From NCBI GenBank assembly GCA_950097015.1, contig CATNEN010000031.1:1302001-1366000 (forward strand): 64,000 nt of DNA, given 5' to 3'. This DNA comes from Macrostomum hystrix. Taxonomy: Eukaryota; Animalia; Platyhelminthes. The notes beneath the pieces are model-generated. The model saw only the letters and a program-made list of their open reading frames with translations. It made no database searches and had not been told where the DNA came from. Made by a program: the position numbers and the translations under genes. Positions 54,469-64,000 of this stretch are shown one piece after another (within the stretch, counting starts at the first letter, position 1; each line of letters opens with the position of its first letter).

Positions 54469-55080
54469 CTGGCCGCTGAAGCCGTTGAACAGCTGGTACC
54501 AGAACAGCATCATGATGTAGACGCAGTTCTTATAGAACAGGTACAGTGACATCCTGGCCAGCCTGTCGTAGCACCAGTGGCCGTGCACCAGTAGCAGTTT
54601 CTTTAAGAATCTAAATCTAGCCAGAGCAAAGTCAGCAGCCATCACCGCCTGCATGCCCTCCTGGCCTGATATGCCCACGCCAATGTCGGCCGTCTGGATC
54701 ATGCTGACATCGTTGGCGCCGTCCCCGATGGCGAGGGTCTGCATGCCCAGGCTCTCCTTCACCAGGCCAACAACCGCCGCCTTCTGGCTAGGCGTTGTTC
54801 GACAACAGAGCACACTTGAGCACTGCTCGGCCAGCAGCAGGAAGTCGCAGCGGACCAACTCGTCCAGGCAGTGGCGCAGCGACCGGCCGTCAAGCACCAG
54901 GGCGACGCCGTCCCGCACAGCCGGCCTGGCCCGACGCTGTCGAATCTGGTAGGCCGGCCTGTAGGCGATGTCCAGCTCCATCAGCCAGCGGCGAACCCGG
55001 TCGCCAGCATCAGCCGGTGAGTCGGCTACCAGAGTGAGCAGCTGCTGGCCCTCGGTGAGCAGTCGGCAGGCGTGGCCCAC
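54469..55080 (-). CDS. ATP10: ATP10-type P4-ATPase exon (P domain, TM5)
   Basis: [56 protein letters not shown]. Confidence 0.95.
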
Positions 55081-55164
55081 CTACCGCGAAGTGAATTCCA
55101 TTGTGCGCACATTATGCTTCTGATAATGACCAACTGGCTAATAGACAATGACCAGTAGGCAATG

Positions 55165-56185
55165 ACCGACTGACTAGTAGACAGTGATCAATAGCAATGA
55201 CCGAATGACTAGTAGACAGTGATCAATAGGCAATAACCGACTGACTAGTAGACAGTGATCAATAGGCAATGACCGAATGACTAGTAGACAGTGATCAATA
55301 GGCAATGACCGAATGACTAGTAGACAGTGATCAATAGGCAATGACCGAATGACTAGTAGACAGTGATCAATAGGCAATGACCGACTGACTAGTAGACAGT
55401 GATCAATAGGCAATGACCGACTGACTAGTAGACAGTGATCAATAGGCAATGACCGACTGACTAGTAGACAGTGATCAATAGGCAATGACCGAATGACTAG
55501 TAGACAGTGATCAATAGGCAATGACCGACTGACTAGTAGACAGTGATCAATAGGCAATGACCGACTGACTAGTAGACAGTGATCAATAGGCAATGACCGA
55601 ATGACTAGTAGACAGTGATCAATAGGCAATGACCGAATGACTAGTAGACAGTGATCAATAGGCAATGACCGACTGACTAGTAGACAGTGATCAATAGGCA
55701 ATGACCGACTGACTAGTAGACAGTGATCAATAGGCAATGACCGACTGACTAGTAGACAGTGATCAATAGGCAATGACCGACTGACTAGTAGACAGTGATC
55801 AATAGGCAATGACCGAATGACTAGTAGACAGTGATCAATAGGCAATGACCGACTGACTAGTAGACAGTGATCAATAGGCAATGACCGAATGACTAGTAGA
55901 CAGTGATCAATGACCGACTGACTAGTAGACAGTGATCAATAGGCAATGACCGACTGACTAGTAGACAGTGATCAATAGGCAATGACCGACTGACTAGTAG
56001 ACAGTGATCAATAGGCAATGACCGAATGACTAGTAGACAGTGATCAATAGGCAATGACCGAATGACTAGTAGACAGTGATCAATAGGCAATGACCGACTG
56101 ACTAGTAGACAGTGATCAATAGGCAATGACCGAATGACTAGTAGACAGTGATCAATAGGCAATGACCGAATGACTAGTAGACAGT
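55165..56185. repeat. 36-bp intronic minisatellite, left part (GACTAGTAGACAGTGATCAATAGGCAATGACCGA[C/A]T)n
   Basis: Direct tandem units, interrupted by the LTR element. Confidence 0.96.
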
Positions 56186-56376
56186 TGTAGTGTGTGGCAA
56201 TGCATCGTACATATGCGTTCACTTCTCTGGGTGTCTAATGTACATCAACCGCGTGCATGCCTTTCTCTCTCACTTTTACACCTTGGCACTGATTGCTATT
56301 TAACTCGTGAGTCAATAAATAAATCGCTGTAAATCTTCGTCAACTCTAAGTCGCAGTCTCTCTGCCTTAGTCCACA
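56186..56376 (+). repeat. 5' LTR
   Basis: TGTAGTG...GTCCACA; same sequence as 60624-60814. Confidence 0.96.
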
Positions 56377-56378
56377 AG

Positions 56379-56398
56379 TGGTAGCAGAGCGTGGTTTC
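56379..56398 (+). promoter_or_regulatory. Primer-binding site complementary to initiator tRNA-Met 3' end
   Basis: TGGTAGCAGAGCGTGGTTTC two nt after the 5' LTR; TGGTAGCAGAG is the animal tRNAi-Met complement. Confidence 0.85.
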
Positions 56399-56402
56399 CA
56401 CA

Positions 56403-57203
56403 ATGGCTGAGAAAGCTAGTGCAGCGCTGCCCAGAGTATTCAGTGCAGGCAACTTTAAAGAATGGCTGCAGCGTTTTGAAGTTTGTGCCAAAGTGAACAA
56501 GTGGGACGCTTGCAAGGCGGAGCGACTGGCAACTTTTCTAGACGGCGAAGCCCTTGTCGTCTATTTGGAACTGTCTGCAGCCGATCAGGCAGAATTCGGC
56601 AAAGTTACTGGAGCACTAGAGAATGCTTTCCACCCGGACCGAGAGCACTTCGCCGTCATGGAGGCGTTCAAGGCGAGGAGAATTTTGGCAAGTGAGACTC
56701 CACGCATGTACCTGTACGAGTTGAAGAAACTGCTGCAGAGCTCTGCCGTGGTCGATGTGGATGCTCGAGAAGCCCTGCTGTTTCATCAGTTTATCTGTGG
56801 CCTGCCAGACTCCGTGGGCTGGCAGATTCGAGCAGACACCAACATCAAGACCTCAGTGCAAGCGCTTGAAAAGGCTCAGCTACTGATGCAGCACAATTCA
56901 GCAGCAACGCAAGCAGCTGCGGTACAGCCTCGGCAGAGCCAGTCCAGCGAAGTACAGGAGCTGCGGGACACAGTGCAGAGTCTGCAGGCCTCAGTGAGTA
57001 CATTGAGCACCCAGCTGGAGCAGCTGGCAGCCTGTGGAGTGAGAAGCAGCAGTACAGCAAGGCCACACCGACCGAGATCCGATATCGTCTGCTACAACTG
57101 CCACAAAACCGGCCACATCGCCAAGGACTGCTACAGCCGGCGGCAGCAGTCGGGAAACGCCAGAGGCTGGGGTGGGCGGGCCCGCCACCTCGGCCAGCAG
57201 TAA
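56403..57203 (+). CDS. gag: Gag with a CCHC zinc knuckle
   Basis: ATG 56403; CYNCHKTGHIAKDC. Confidence 0.9.
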   Translation: MAEKASAALPRVFSAGNFKEWLQRFEVCAKVNKWDACKAERLATFLDGEALVVYLELSAADQAEFGKVTGALENAFHPDREHFAVMEAFKARRILASETPRMYLYELKKLLQSSAVVDVDAREALLFHQFICGLPDSVGWQIRADTNIKTSVQALEKAQLLMQHNSAATQAAAVQPRQSQSSEVQELRDTVQSLQASVSTLSTQLEQLAACGVRSSSTARPHRPRSDIVCYNCHKTGHIAKDCYSRRQQSGNARGWGGRARHLGQQ

Positions 57204-60200
57204 CTGCGGGTTCACCAGCGCAGGTTCCGGGGCCAGCGCTCGCAGTCGGCGGGGTCTTCAGTGGATGCAGCGTTACGCCCGACCGACTTTCGCAGTTTGA
57301 GTGCAAGCTTGATGGTAGAAGTGTAAAGGCGCTTTTAGACACCGGCAGCCAGTGCTCACTGGTCGACTCCAGCATTCTGACGAAATCGCAGCTCAGCCGC
57401 GCAACTTCAGCCGGAGTGCAGCTGCACTCGGTGAACAAGCAGCCAATCAGCATCGAGTGGCAGATCGAGTTGCCGCTCACAGTCGGGAAAGTGACAGCGC
57501 TGCATTTGTTCTACGTGGTGTCCGATTTGGTTTGTCCTGTCATCGTCGGGATCGACTTCATCGGCAAGCACCGTTTGCAGCTGGACTTCAAGGCCAACCC
57601 TGCAGCTGCTGGTCGTATCTGCAGTGCAAGGTTCCAGAGTGAGACGGACGACCAAGTTGACATCGAGGATGCTCTCGTGCCCGAGTTCAGCTGCGTGGAT
57701 TTTGAGCTGCCAACCACCGATGACCCCGAAGTTCAGCGACTGCTGACGGAGTTCAAGGACGTGTTCAAGAAGAAGCCGGGACTTACGCATCTCCAGCAGC
57801 ATCGAATTGTTCTCGCTGATGAGGTGCCAGTTCGTGTCCCACCGCGCCGAATGCCCGTGCACTACCGGGAGAAGGCGGAGCTGCTGATTCAGGAGCTGCT
57901 GGAGAACGACGTGATCGAACTGAGCGAGAGTCCGTACGTGGCTCCACCGGTGTACGTGACCAAGAAGGACGGCAGTCTGCGGCTGACCATCGACTACAGA
58001 GAGCTCAACAAGAAGACGATTCGGTCGGAGCAAGGAATTCCGCTAATGGAGGAGGCACGAGATCGAATAGCGGGCAGCACGGTGTTCTCAGTGCTGGATC
58101 TCAATGGAGGTTACTTCCAGATCCCTCTGGCTGAAGAAGACAGACAGAAGACGGCCTTTAGCCCTGGACCAGGGATGCCGCTATACCAATTTAAGAGAAT
58201 GCCTCAAGGCCTGTCAGGTGGCCCCAGCACGTTCTGCATGCTTATGTCCAAAGTTTTCAATGGCTGTGACTTCGTCTTCACGTTTTTCGATGACAGCCTG
58301 TGCTTCTCAAAGACCAGGAAGGAGCATCTGCTGCAACTGCGAGAGGCACTTCAGCGTGTCCGAGCAGCCGGACTGACACTGAGAGGCTCCAAGTGCAAGA
58401 TCGCGGTGCCTGAAGTGACTTTCCTCGGCATGCGCTATTCAAAGGAGGGAGCTCAGCCAAGCAAAGAGAAGCTGGAGGCGATTCAGCAGTGGAAGGAGCC
58501 GAGGTCAGTCAAGGAGATCCGCCAGTTTATCGGCCTGTGCAACCAGTACCGCCGCCATGTCGCCAACTTCGCTGCCATCGCTGCACCACTTCACCACCTG
58601 ACTGGCAAGGGCGTGGCGTTTGAGTGGACTGCAGAGTGCCAAGCTGCCTTCGACGAGCTCAAGATCTGCCTGATGAGTCCTCCGATCCTGGTGAACCCGG
58701 ACTTTTCCAAGGAGTTCGCTGTCTTCACGGATGCCAGCGGCAGTGGGGTCGGTGCAATCCTGAAGCAAGGCGATGCAGTGATCGAGTTTTCGAGCAGGGC
58801 GTTCAACTCGGCGGAGAAAAAGTACTCGGCAACAGAGAAGGAGTGTCTGGCCATCCTGCACGCTTTCAAAGTCTTCAGGCATTACTTGCTTGGCAAGCAT
58901 TTCACGGTGCACACGGATCACTGCCCGCTCACCTACATCGATTCCCAGAGAATCGATAGCTATGGTAGGCTGGGTCGCTGGCGGCTGCTGCTCCAAGAGT
59001 TCGACTTCACCGTCAAGTACCGCAGAGGTGTGGAGAATTCTGATGCCGACGCGCTGTCCAGGCTGCACGCCCCGGAAATTGCAGCGACTCAACTGACAGC
59101 AGAAATCGGCTCGGAAGAGCTCAAAACTGCTCAGCGCCAAGATCCAGAGCTTAGTCAGGTGATTCAAGCGATCGTCAACGAGCCAGACGTGCCTCCAAGA
59201 TGGCGGTCAGGACCGCTGCAGCAGCTGAGCAGAATCTGGAGGAAGCTGAAGCTGAATGATGACGGCGTTCTCTTCCGCAAGTTCAACGACCTGGACGGAC
59301 TGAGGGAAGTTCCAGTGGTGCCGGCATTTCTACGACACCAGTTCCTAGCAGACGCTCACGAAGGTCTGGGAGGCCACTTCGGGGCCGAGAAATGCTACCG
59401 CACGCTCAAGCTGACTGCCTACTGGCCGGGCATGGCTGAGGATGTCCTGCAGCACTGCCAGAGCTGCGCCGTCTGCCAGGAGAAGAAGGCAGGCTCGCAG
59501 CCCAAGGCGCCACTCGGAGAGCTGCCTATCGGATCGCCATGGGACTCGGTGGCCATCGACATCGTCAAGGTGGCACCATCATCACGCGGCAACCATTACC
59601 TGCTGGTAGCTCAGGACCAATTTTCCAAGTACCTGACGGCTGTGGCGTTACCAGACCAGACGGCCCAGACTACGGCTCGCGCCTTCCTTTCAATCTGCTC
59701 CCAGGCTGGACTGCCTCGAGTCATCCACTCGGACCAAGGCCCGAATTTCGAGAGCCAGCTCTTTCAAGACACTCTGCGCGGTCTGGGAGTCACCAAGACA
59801 AGAACCACAGCGTACAATCCGAAAGGAAACGGACTGGCCGAGTCGGGAAACAAGTCCGTGCTGCAACTACTCAGGTGCTTCACCGAGCGAGAGAGCGAGT
59901 GGGAGGACAAGCTGCCGCTGATCCTGCTGTCCTACAACTCGCGAGTGCACTGCTCAACGCGACTGCCACCGCTGAAGGTCTTCACCGGGCGTGACCCTTG
60001 TCTGCCAGTCCTCAGCCAGCAGCCCAGGCGGTTCTACGACGTGCGGACCTACGCAGACAAGCTGGAGGCCGACCTGCTGCGCATTCGAGAGTTTGTCGAG
60101 GAGCACCTGGTGCAGGCGGCTGGCGAGCAGCAGAGCGACTACAACAGGTCAGCCGGGCAGCTGCGAAGATTCGGCCAGGGCGACGAGGTGCTGCTGCGCA

Positions 60201-60481
60201 TCGAGCTGAGGGGCTCCAAGCTGGCGCCGTACTGGGACCCCGGCTGGCGGGTGCTGTCCCAGCGCAATCTGGTGGTCGAGATCGGCAAGAATGGCAAGAC
60301 GCGCAGAGTGAACGTAAACCGCCTTCGGCCGCTGTTCCTGCCGGCACCCGACGTCGAGCGTTTCGAGCAGCCGCCCTTCGCGCACGAGCTGCACGGCGGC
60401 GGAGACGCTGCGGACGAGCTGCCCCAGAGGCGCTACCCGGTGCGGAGGCGGATGCCGGTTGATCGATATGTGCCGGGTTGA
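57152..60481 (+). CDS. pol: Pol (PR-RT-RNaseH-IN), expressed by -1 frameshift
   Basis: Frame open from the G_GGA_AAC heptamer (57152-57158). PR LLDTGS, RT FFDD, RH DASG, IN HHCC + D-D-E (VAIDI, SDQG, LAES). Confidence 0.93.
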   Translation, partial: GKRQRLGWAGPPPRPAVTAGSPAQVPGPALAVGGVFSGCSVTPDRLSQFECKLDGRSVKALLDTGSQCSLVDSSILTKSQLSRATSAGVQLHSVNKQPISIEWQIELPLTVGKVTALHLFYVVSDLVCPVIVGIDFIGKHRLQLDFKANPAAAGRICSARFQSETDDQVDIEDALVPEFSCVDFELPTTDDPEVQRLLTEFKDVFKKKPGLTHLQQHRIVLADEVPVRVPPRRMPVHYREKAELLIQELLENDVIELSESPYVAPPVYVTKKDGSLRLTIDYRELNKKTIRSEQGIPLMEEARDRIAGSTVFSVLDLNGGYFQIPLAEEDRQKTAFSPGPGMPLYQFKRMPQGLSGGPSTFCMLMSKVFNGCDFVFTFFDDSLCFSKTRKEHLLQLREALQRVRAAGLTLRGSKCKIAVPEVTFLGMRYSKEGAQPSKEKLEAIQQWKEPRSVKEIRQFIGLCNQYRRHVANFAAIAAPLHHLTGKGVAFEWTAECQAAFDELKICLMSPPILVNPDFSKEFAVFTDASGSGVGAILKQGDAVIEFSSRAFNSAEKKYSATEKECLAILHAFKVFRHYLLGKHFTVHTDHCPLTYIDSQRIDSYGRLGRWRLLLQEFDFTVKYRRGVENSDADALSRLHAPEIAATQLTAEIGSEELKTAQRQDPELSQVIQAIVNEPDVPPRWRSGPLQQLSRIWRKLKLNDDGVLFRKFNDLDGLREVPVVPAFLRHQFLADAHEGLGGHFGAEKCYRTLKLTAYWPGMAEDVLQHCQSCAVCQEKKAGSQPKAPLGELPIGSPWDSVAIDIVKVAPSSRGNHYLLVAQDQFSKYLTAVALPDQTAQTTARAFLSICSQAGLPRVIHSDQGPNFESQLFQDTLRGLGVTKTRTTAYNPKGNGLAESGNKSVLQLLRCFTERESEWEDKLPLILLSYNSRVHCSTRLPPLKVFTGRDPCLPVLSQQPRRFYDVRTYADKLEADLLRIREFVEEHLVQAAGEQQSDYNRSAGQLRRFGQGDEVLLRIELRGSKLAPYWDPGWRVLSQRNLVVEIGKNGKTRRVNVNRLRPLFLPAPDVERFEQPPFAHELHGGGDAADELPQRRYPVRRRMPVDRYVPG

Positions 60482-60623
60482 ACTTTTGATTAAATGGCTG
60501 CGCTGAACTCATTCATGGACTGTCTTAATATTGCTTAAGTTGCACCAATCACTTGCTGCGTTTTTATTCTTTTTGAATTTATTTATTTCCTTCGAGTCTT
60601 CTCTTTTCTTTGCGTGGGAGGAT

Positions 60624-60814
60624 TGTAGTGTGTGGCAATGCATCGTACATATGCGTTCACTTCTCTGGGTGTCTAATGTACATCAACCGCGTGCATGCCT
60701 TTCTCTCTCACTTTTACACCTTGGCACTGATTGCTATTTAACTCGTGAGTCAATAAATAAATCGCTGTAAATCTTCGTCAACTCTAAGTCGCAGTCTCTC
60801 TGCCTTAGTCCACA
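60624..60814 (+). repeat. 3' LTR
   Basis: Preceded by purine tract GGGAGGA; same sequence as the 5' LTR. Confidence 0.96.
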
Positions 60815-61176
60815 CAGTGATCAATAGGCAATGACCGACTGACTAGTAGACAGTGATCAATAGGCAATGACCGAATGACTAGTAGACAGTGATCAATAGG
60901 CAATGACCGAATGACTAGTAGACAGTGATCAATAGGCAATGACCGACTGACTAGTAGACAGTGATCAATAGGCAATGACCGAATGACTAGTAGACAGTGA
61001 TCAATAGGCAATGACCGAATGACTAGTAGACAGTGATCAATAGGCAATGACCGACTGACTAGTAGACAGTGATCAATAGGCAATGACCGACTGACTAGTA
61101 GACAGCGATCAATAGGCAATGACCGAATGACTAGTAGACAGTGATCAATAGGCAATGACCGACTGACTAGTAGACA
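60815..61176. repeat. 36-bp intronic minisatellite, right part
   Basis: Same unit and in register with 55165-56185 across the TSD. Confidence 0.96.
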
Positions 61177-61246
61177 ATAATTAGTGTGCAATAACGAACT
61201 AACATGACCGTAATATTGAAATCAGAAAAATATCTACGGAACGCAC

Positions 61247-62359
61247 CTGCACTGCAGTCTCCTGCTTGTCGCCAGTCAGAACCCAGACGCTGATCCCAGC
61301 CTCGCGCAGAGCAGCCACCGTGTCAGCGGCGCCCTCCTGAAGCCGGTCCTCAACGCCGGTTGCGCCTAACAGTTCTAAGCCAGTCTCCAGCTTATCGAAG
61401 ACCTGGGCCAGAGCTGCCTCCCGACCTTGAATCCGGTGCCGAGCCAGCCGGTACTCGGCTAGCCAATCATTGTACTCGGCCTCGTCCAGGTAGCGAACAG
61501 CCAGGCAGAGTGTGCGCAGGCCGGACACGGCATACTGCTCCAGGTGCAGCCGGGTGTGCAGCCGCACCCGGTCGGCATCAGATTCCACATCGGTGGGATC
61601 GGACGGGCGCAGGCGGTCGAGTACGGCGCAGTCGGCGCCTTTGGTTAAGAGTAACGGCCGACCGGTTGCCGGATCACGAATCAGCACCGACATTCGCTTC
61701 CGATCCGAGTCGAACGGCATCACGCACAGCAGCGGCAGCCGGACGTGGCCGTCGCTAGGCAACCAGACCAAGCAGGAATCGGCGTCGCGATGCACCAGCT
61801 TGCAGCCGGTGCGGCAGGCGGCCCGCACCAGGGCGGCCTCGTCTGGGCTCTCCGCTACGTAGGCATGCATCAGCTCCGAGTCCGAGTAGCGGCACGGCTC
61901 CAGCCCGTCCTCCCCCGATAACAACGGCGGCGGCGGAGTGGGCACAGGCGTCAGCGTCGGCGTCGGCGTTGGCATCGGCGTGGAAGCTCTCGATGAATCC
62001 GGGCTCGCCTGCGGCGGCGCCGATGCCGGATTGTTGGTCGTCTTGCGACGACACATTTGGCGTTTCCAACGCTTCATGGCGCTGTCGACCGTCACCGAGG
62101 TTGTCGGCATTGCCGCCGCCGGCTCCTGGTCGAGCGAGACCACCACTGAATTGCAGACGGCCAGGACTAGGAAGAAGTCCAGCAGGCGGCGCTGTCGCGG
62201 CGATGTCGCCCGTTGCAGGCTCGGTCCGTCTGGCGCCGTCAGGACCCTGGCCAGCTCAGTCATCGGCGAGCGAGTCAGCGTCGTTGGAGCCGGCTGCGGT
62301 GGCGGTGGCGCAGATGACAGCGGCGTATGAATGGTGTCGCTTGGAGACGGTAGCTCGGG
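61247..62359 (-). CDS. ATP10: ATP10-type P4-ATPase exon (N domain to P domain)
   Basis: FFLVLAVCNSVVV, YVAESPDEAALV, PFDSDRKRMSV, TKGAD, GLRTLCLA, LLGATGVEDRLQ, VWVLTGDKQETA. Confidence 0.95.
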
Positions 62360-62394
62360 CTGCAAGATTGATTTAGACAAGGCCAGGGCACTTA

Positions 62395-63200
62395 ACTAGC
62401 TCATTCAACTAGCTGAGATTGCTCAGCTCATTCAACTAGCTGAGATTGCTCAGCTCATTCAAGTAGCTGAGATTGCTCAGCTCATTCAAGTAGCTGAGAT
62501 TGCTCAGCTCATTCAAGTAGCTGAGATTGCTCAGCTCATTCAAGTAGCTGAGATTGCTCAGCTCATTCAACTAGCTGAGATTGCTCAGCTCATTCAAGTA
62601 GCTGAGATTGCTCAGCTCATTCAACTAGCTGAGATTGCTCAGCTCATTCAAGTAGCTGAGATTGCTCAGCTCATTCAAGTAGCTGAGATTGCTCAGCTCA
62701 TTCAAGTAGCTGAGATTGCTCAGCTCATTCAACTAGCTGAGATTGCTCAGCTCATTCAAGTAGCTGAGATTGCTCAGCTCATTCAAGTAGCTGAGATTGC
62801 TCAGCTCATTCAAGTAGCTGAGATTGCTCAGCTCATTCAAGTAGCTGAGATTGCTCAGCTCATTCAAGTAGCTGAGATTGCTCAGCTCATTCAACTAGCT
62901 GAGATTGCTCAGCTGATTCAACTAGCTGAGATTGCTCAGCTCATTCAAGTAGCTGAGATTGCTCAGCTCATTCAAGTAGCTGAGATTGCTCAGCTCATTC
63001 AACTAGCTGAGATTGCTCAGCTCATTCAACTAGCTGAGATTGCTCAGCTCATTCAACTAGCTGAGATTGCTCAGCTCATTCAACTAGCTGAGACTGCTCA
63101 GCTCATTCAAGTAGCTGAGATTGCTCAGCTCATTCAAGTAGCTGAGATTGCTCAGCTGACTCAACTGGTTGAGATTGCACAGCTGAGATTGCCCAGCTCA
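62395..63200. repeat. 27-bp intronic minisatellite (CTCAGCTCATTCAA[G/C]TAGCTGAGATTG)n with internal inverted repeat
   Basis: Direct tandem units; CTCAGCT/AGCTGAG can pair within each unit. Confidence 0.96.
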
Positions 63201-63225
63201 TTTAACCAGCTCAAAATTGACTCAC

Positions 63226-63296
63226 TTTCAAGTCGGCATCATACTTCTGAAGAGCCAAAATCGGCTGTCTGCACTCGATGCTTGCCTGACTGTCAG
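63226..63296 (-). CDS. ATP10: Probable small ATP10 exon; gene continues beyond the window
   Basis: Acceptor TTTGCAG|, donor |GTGAGT, open frame ending in phase 0 that matches the 62359 exon. Confidence 0.55.
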
Positions 63297-64000
63297 CTGC
63301 AAAGTTTGAATAGAAGTTAGCAGTTGAGTTTGTTTAAAGAGTAACAGTTGAATAATGTAACTCGAACAACGATAAGCAATGGTTTTGGATCTAAAATAGA
63401 CTAGTCATAATTAAATTTGGCAATTGGGTAATAAATAATAAAATTTGAAGAGTAAATGCGACCGCTGGCAAATATTAAGCACAGAAAGTACGAGGTTCTA
63501 TATAGTACTAATAGTAAGGAGTTAAAACATACCCCGTTTACTACACAATTTTGGGGAGAAAATATAGGATAAAATTCGTTTGATATTTGATTTCTGACTC
63601 TAGCCTACCAATAATACGTATGAATAATATAGCATTACAACATTGCAACACAGTGGAAAAAGGTCTACTGTTAGTTTTTTCTTAACTTGAAGACGTCGCT
63701 AAACTAGTGAATTGTTTAATTGCTAGTTTTTTAAGTAAGATTATTATTAATGATTAGTGTACCACAGTAAAGAGGAATTATAATAGATAAACAACCGAAC
63801 AACATCTATAGCTTATAGGATTTTATACACAGGAGCAGTTAAAAATATCAATAATGATATTGTTTAAAAATATGGCTAACACCTACTTCGAGCAAGGCGA
63901 TTAAATCTATTAATAGATTTGGCATTTGTCGATGCCACAGCCGGTGATAGCTGTTGATACAGCAATTCCGCCTTTATTTGCATTGCAGAGCTTGCTAAAA

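Larger units (their letters stand above)
56186..60814 (+). mobile_element. Intact Ty3/gypsy LTR retrotransposon (4,629 bp), antisense to the host ATP10 gene
   Basis: TG...CA 191-bp LTRs that appear identical, 4-bp TSD CAGT (56182-56185 and 60815-60818), PBS, short PPT, gag + PR-RT-RH-IN. Confidence 0.97.

Noticed and set aside
58281-58295. FFDD instead of YxDD in the gypsy RT as an inactivating change
   Set aside because: FxDD, including FFDD, is a common natural variant in Ty3/gypsy RTs
60482-60623. env-like third ORF in the LTR element
   Set aside because: Only about 140 bp lie between the pol stop and the 3' LTR, with no credible ORF
1-63200. Tandem arrays as CRISPR arrays
   Set aside because: Units are contiguous with no unique spacers, there are no cas genes, and the context is eukaryotic introns

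Overview
Eukaryotic (animal) genomic DNA. GC3-rich exons, Gln/Ala tracts, minisatellite-filled introns and a two-domain small HSP suggest a free-living flatworm such as Macrostomum (inference). All family calls come from recognised motifs; no database search was run. The main feature is a complete 15,388-bp Polinton/Maverick (adintovirus-like endogenous virus) at 9073-24460. It has AGTAGT termini, 861-bp TIRs and a perfect 6-bp TSD (TAGCTG), and encodes integrase, protein-primed PolB, adenain-like protease, packaging ATPase, major and minor capsid proteins, a parvovirus-type PLA2, an adenovirus pX-like protein and several orphans. It sits 35 nt inside intron 3 of NSUN4. Host genes: ependymin-like secreted protein, tandem alpha-crystallin sHSP with HSE promoter, NSUN4, METTL25B/RRNAD1, MANBAL-like, a low-complexity orphan, NEK11 and an ATP10-type P4-ATPase. 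One ATP10 intron carries an intact Ty3/gypsy element (identical 191-bp LTRs, -1 frameshift) inserted into a minisatellite. Best leads: (1) the pPolB 5' end is split by an A_AAA_AAT slip site plus a TGATG stop-start; (2) the TIR appears to have expanded by a microhomology template switch, capturing the penton 3' end and duplicating a small ORF; (3) a recurring (K/R)xGG / (K/R)xGxG motif in small viral proteins; (4) PSAP late-domain-like motifs; (5) host ORFs that begin at phase-0 acceptors and may take their start codon from a spliced leader; (6) a foldback-like inverted minisatellite block.
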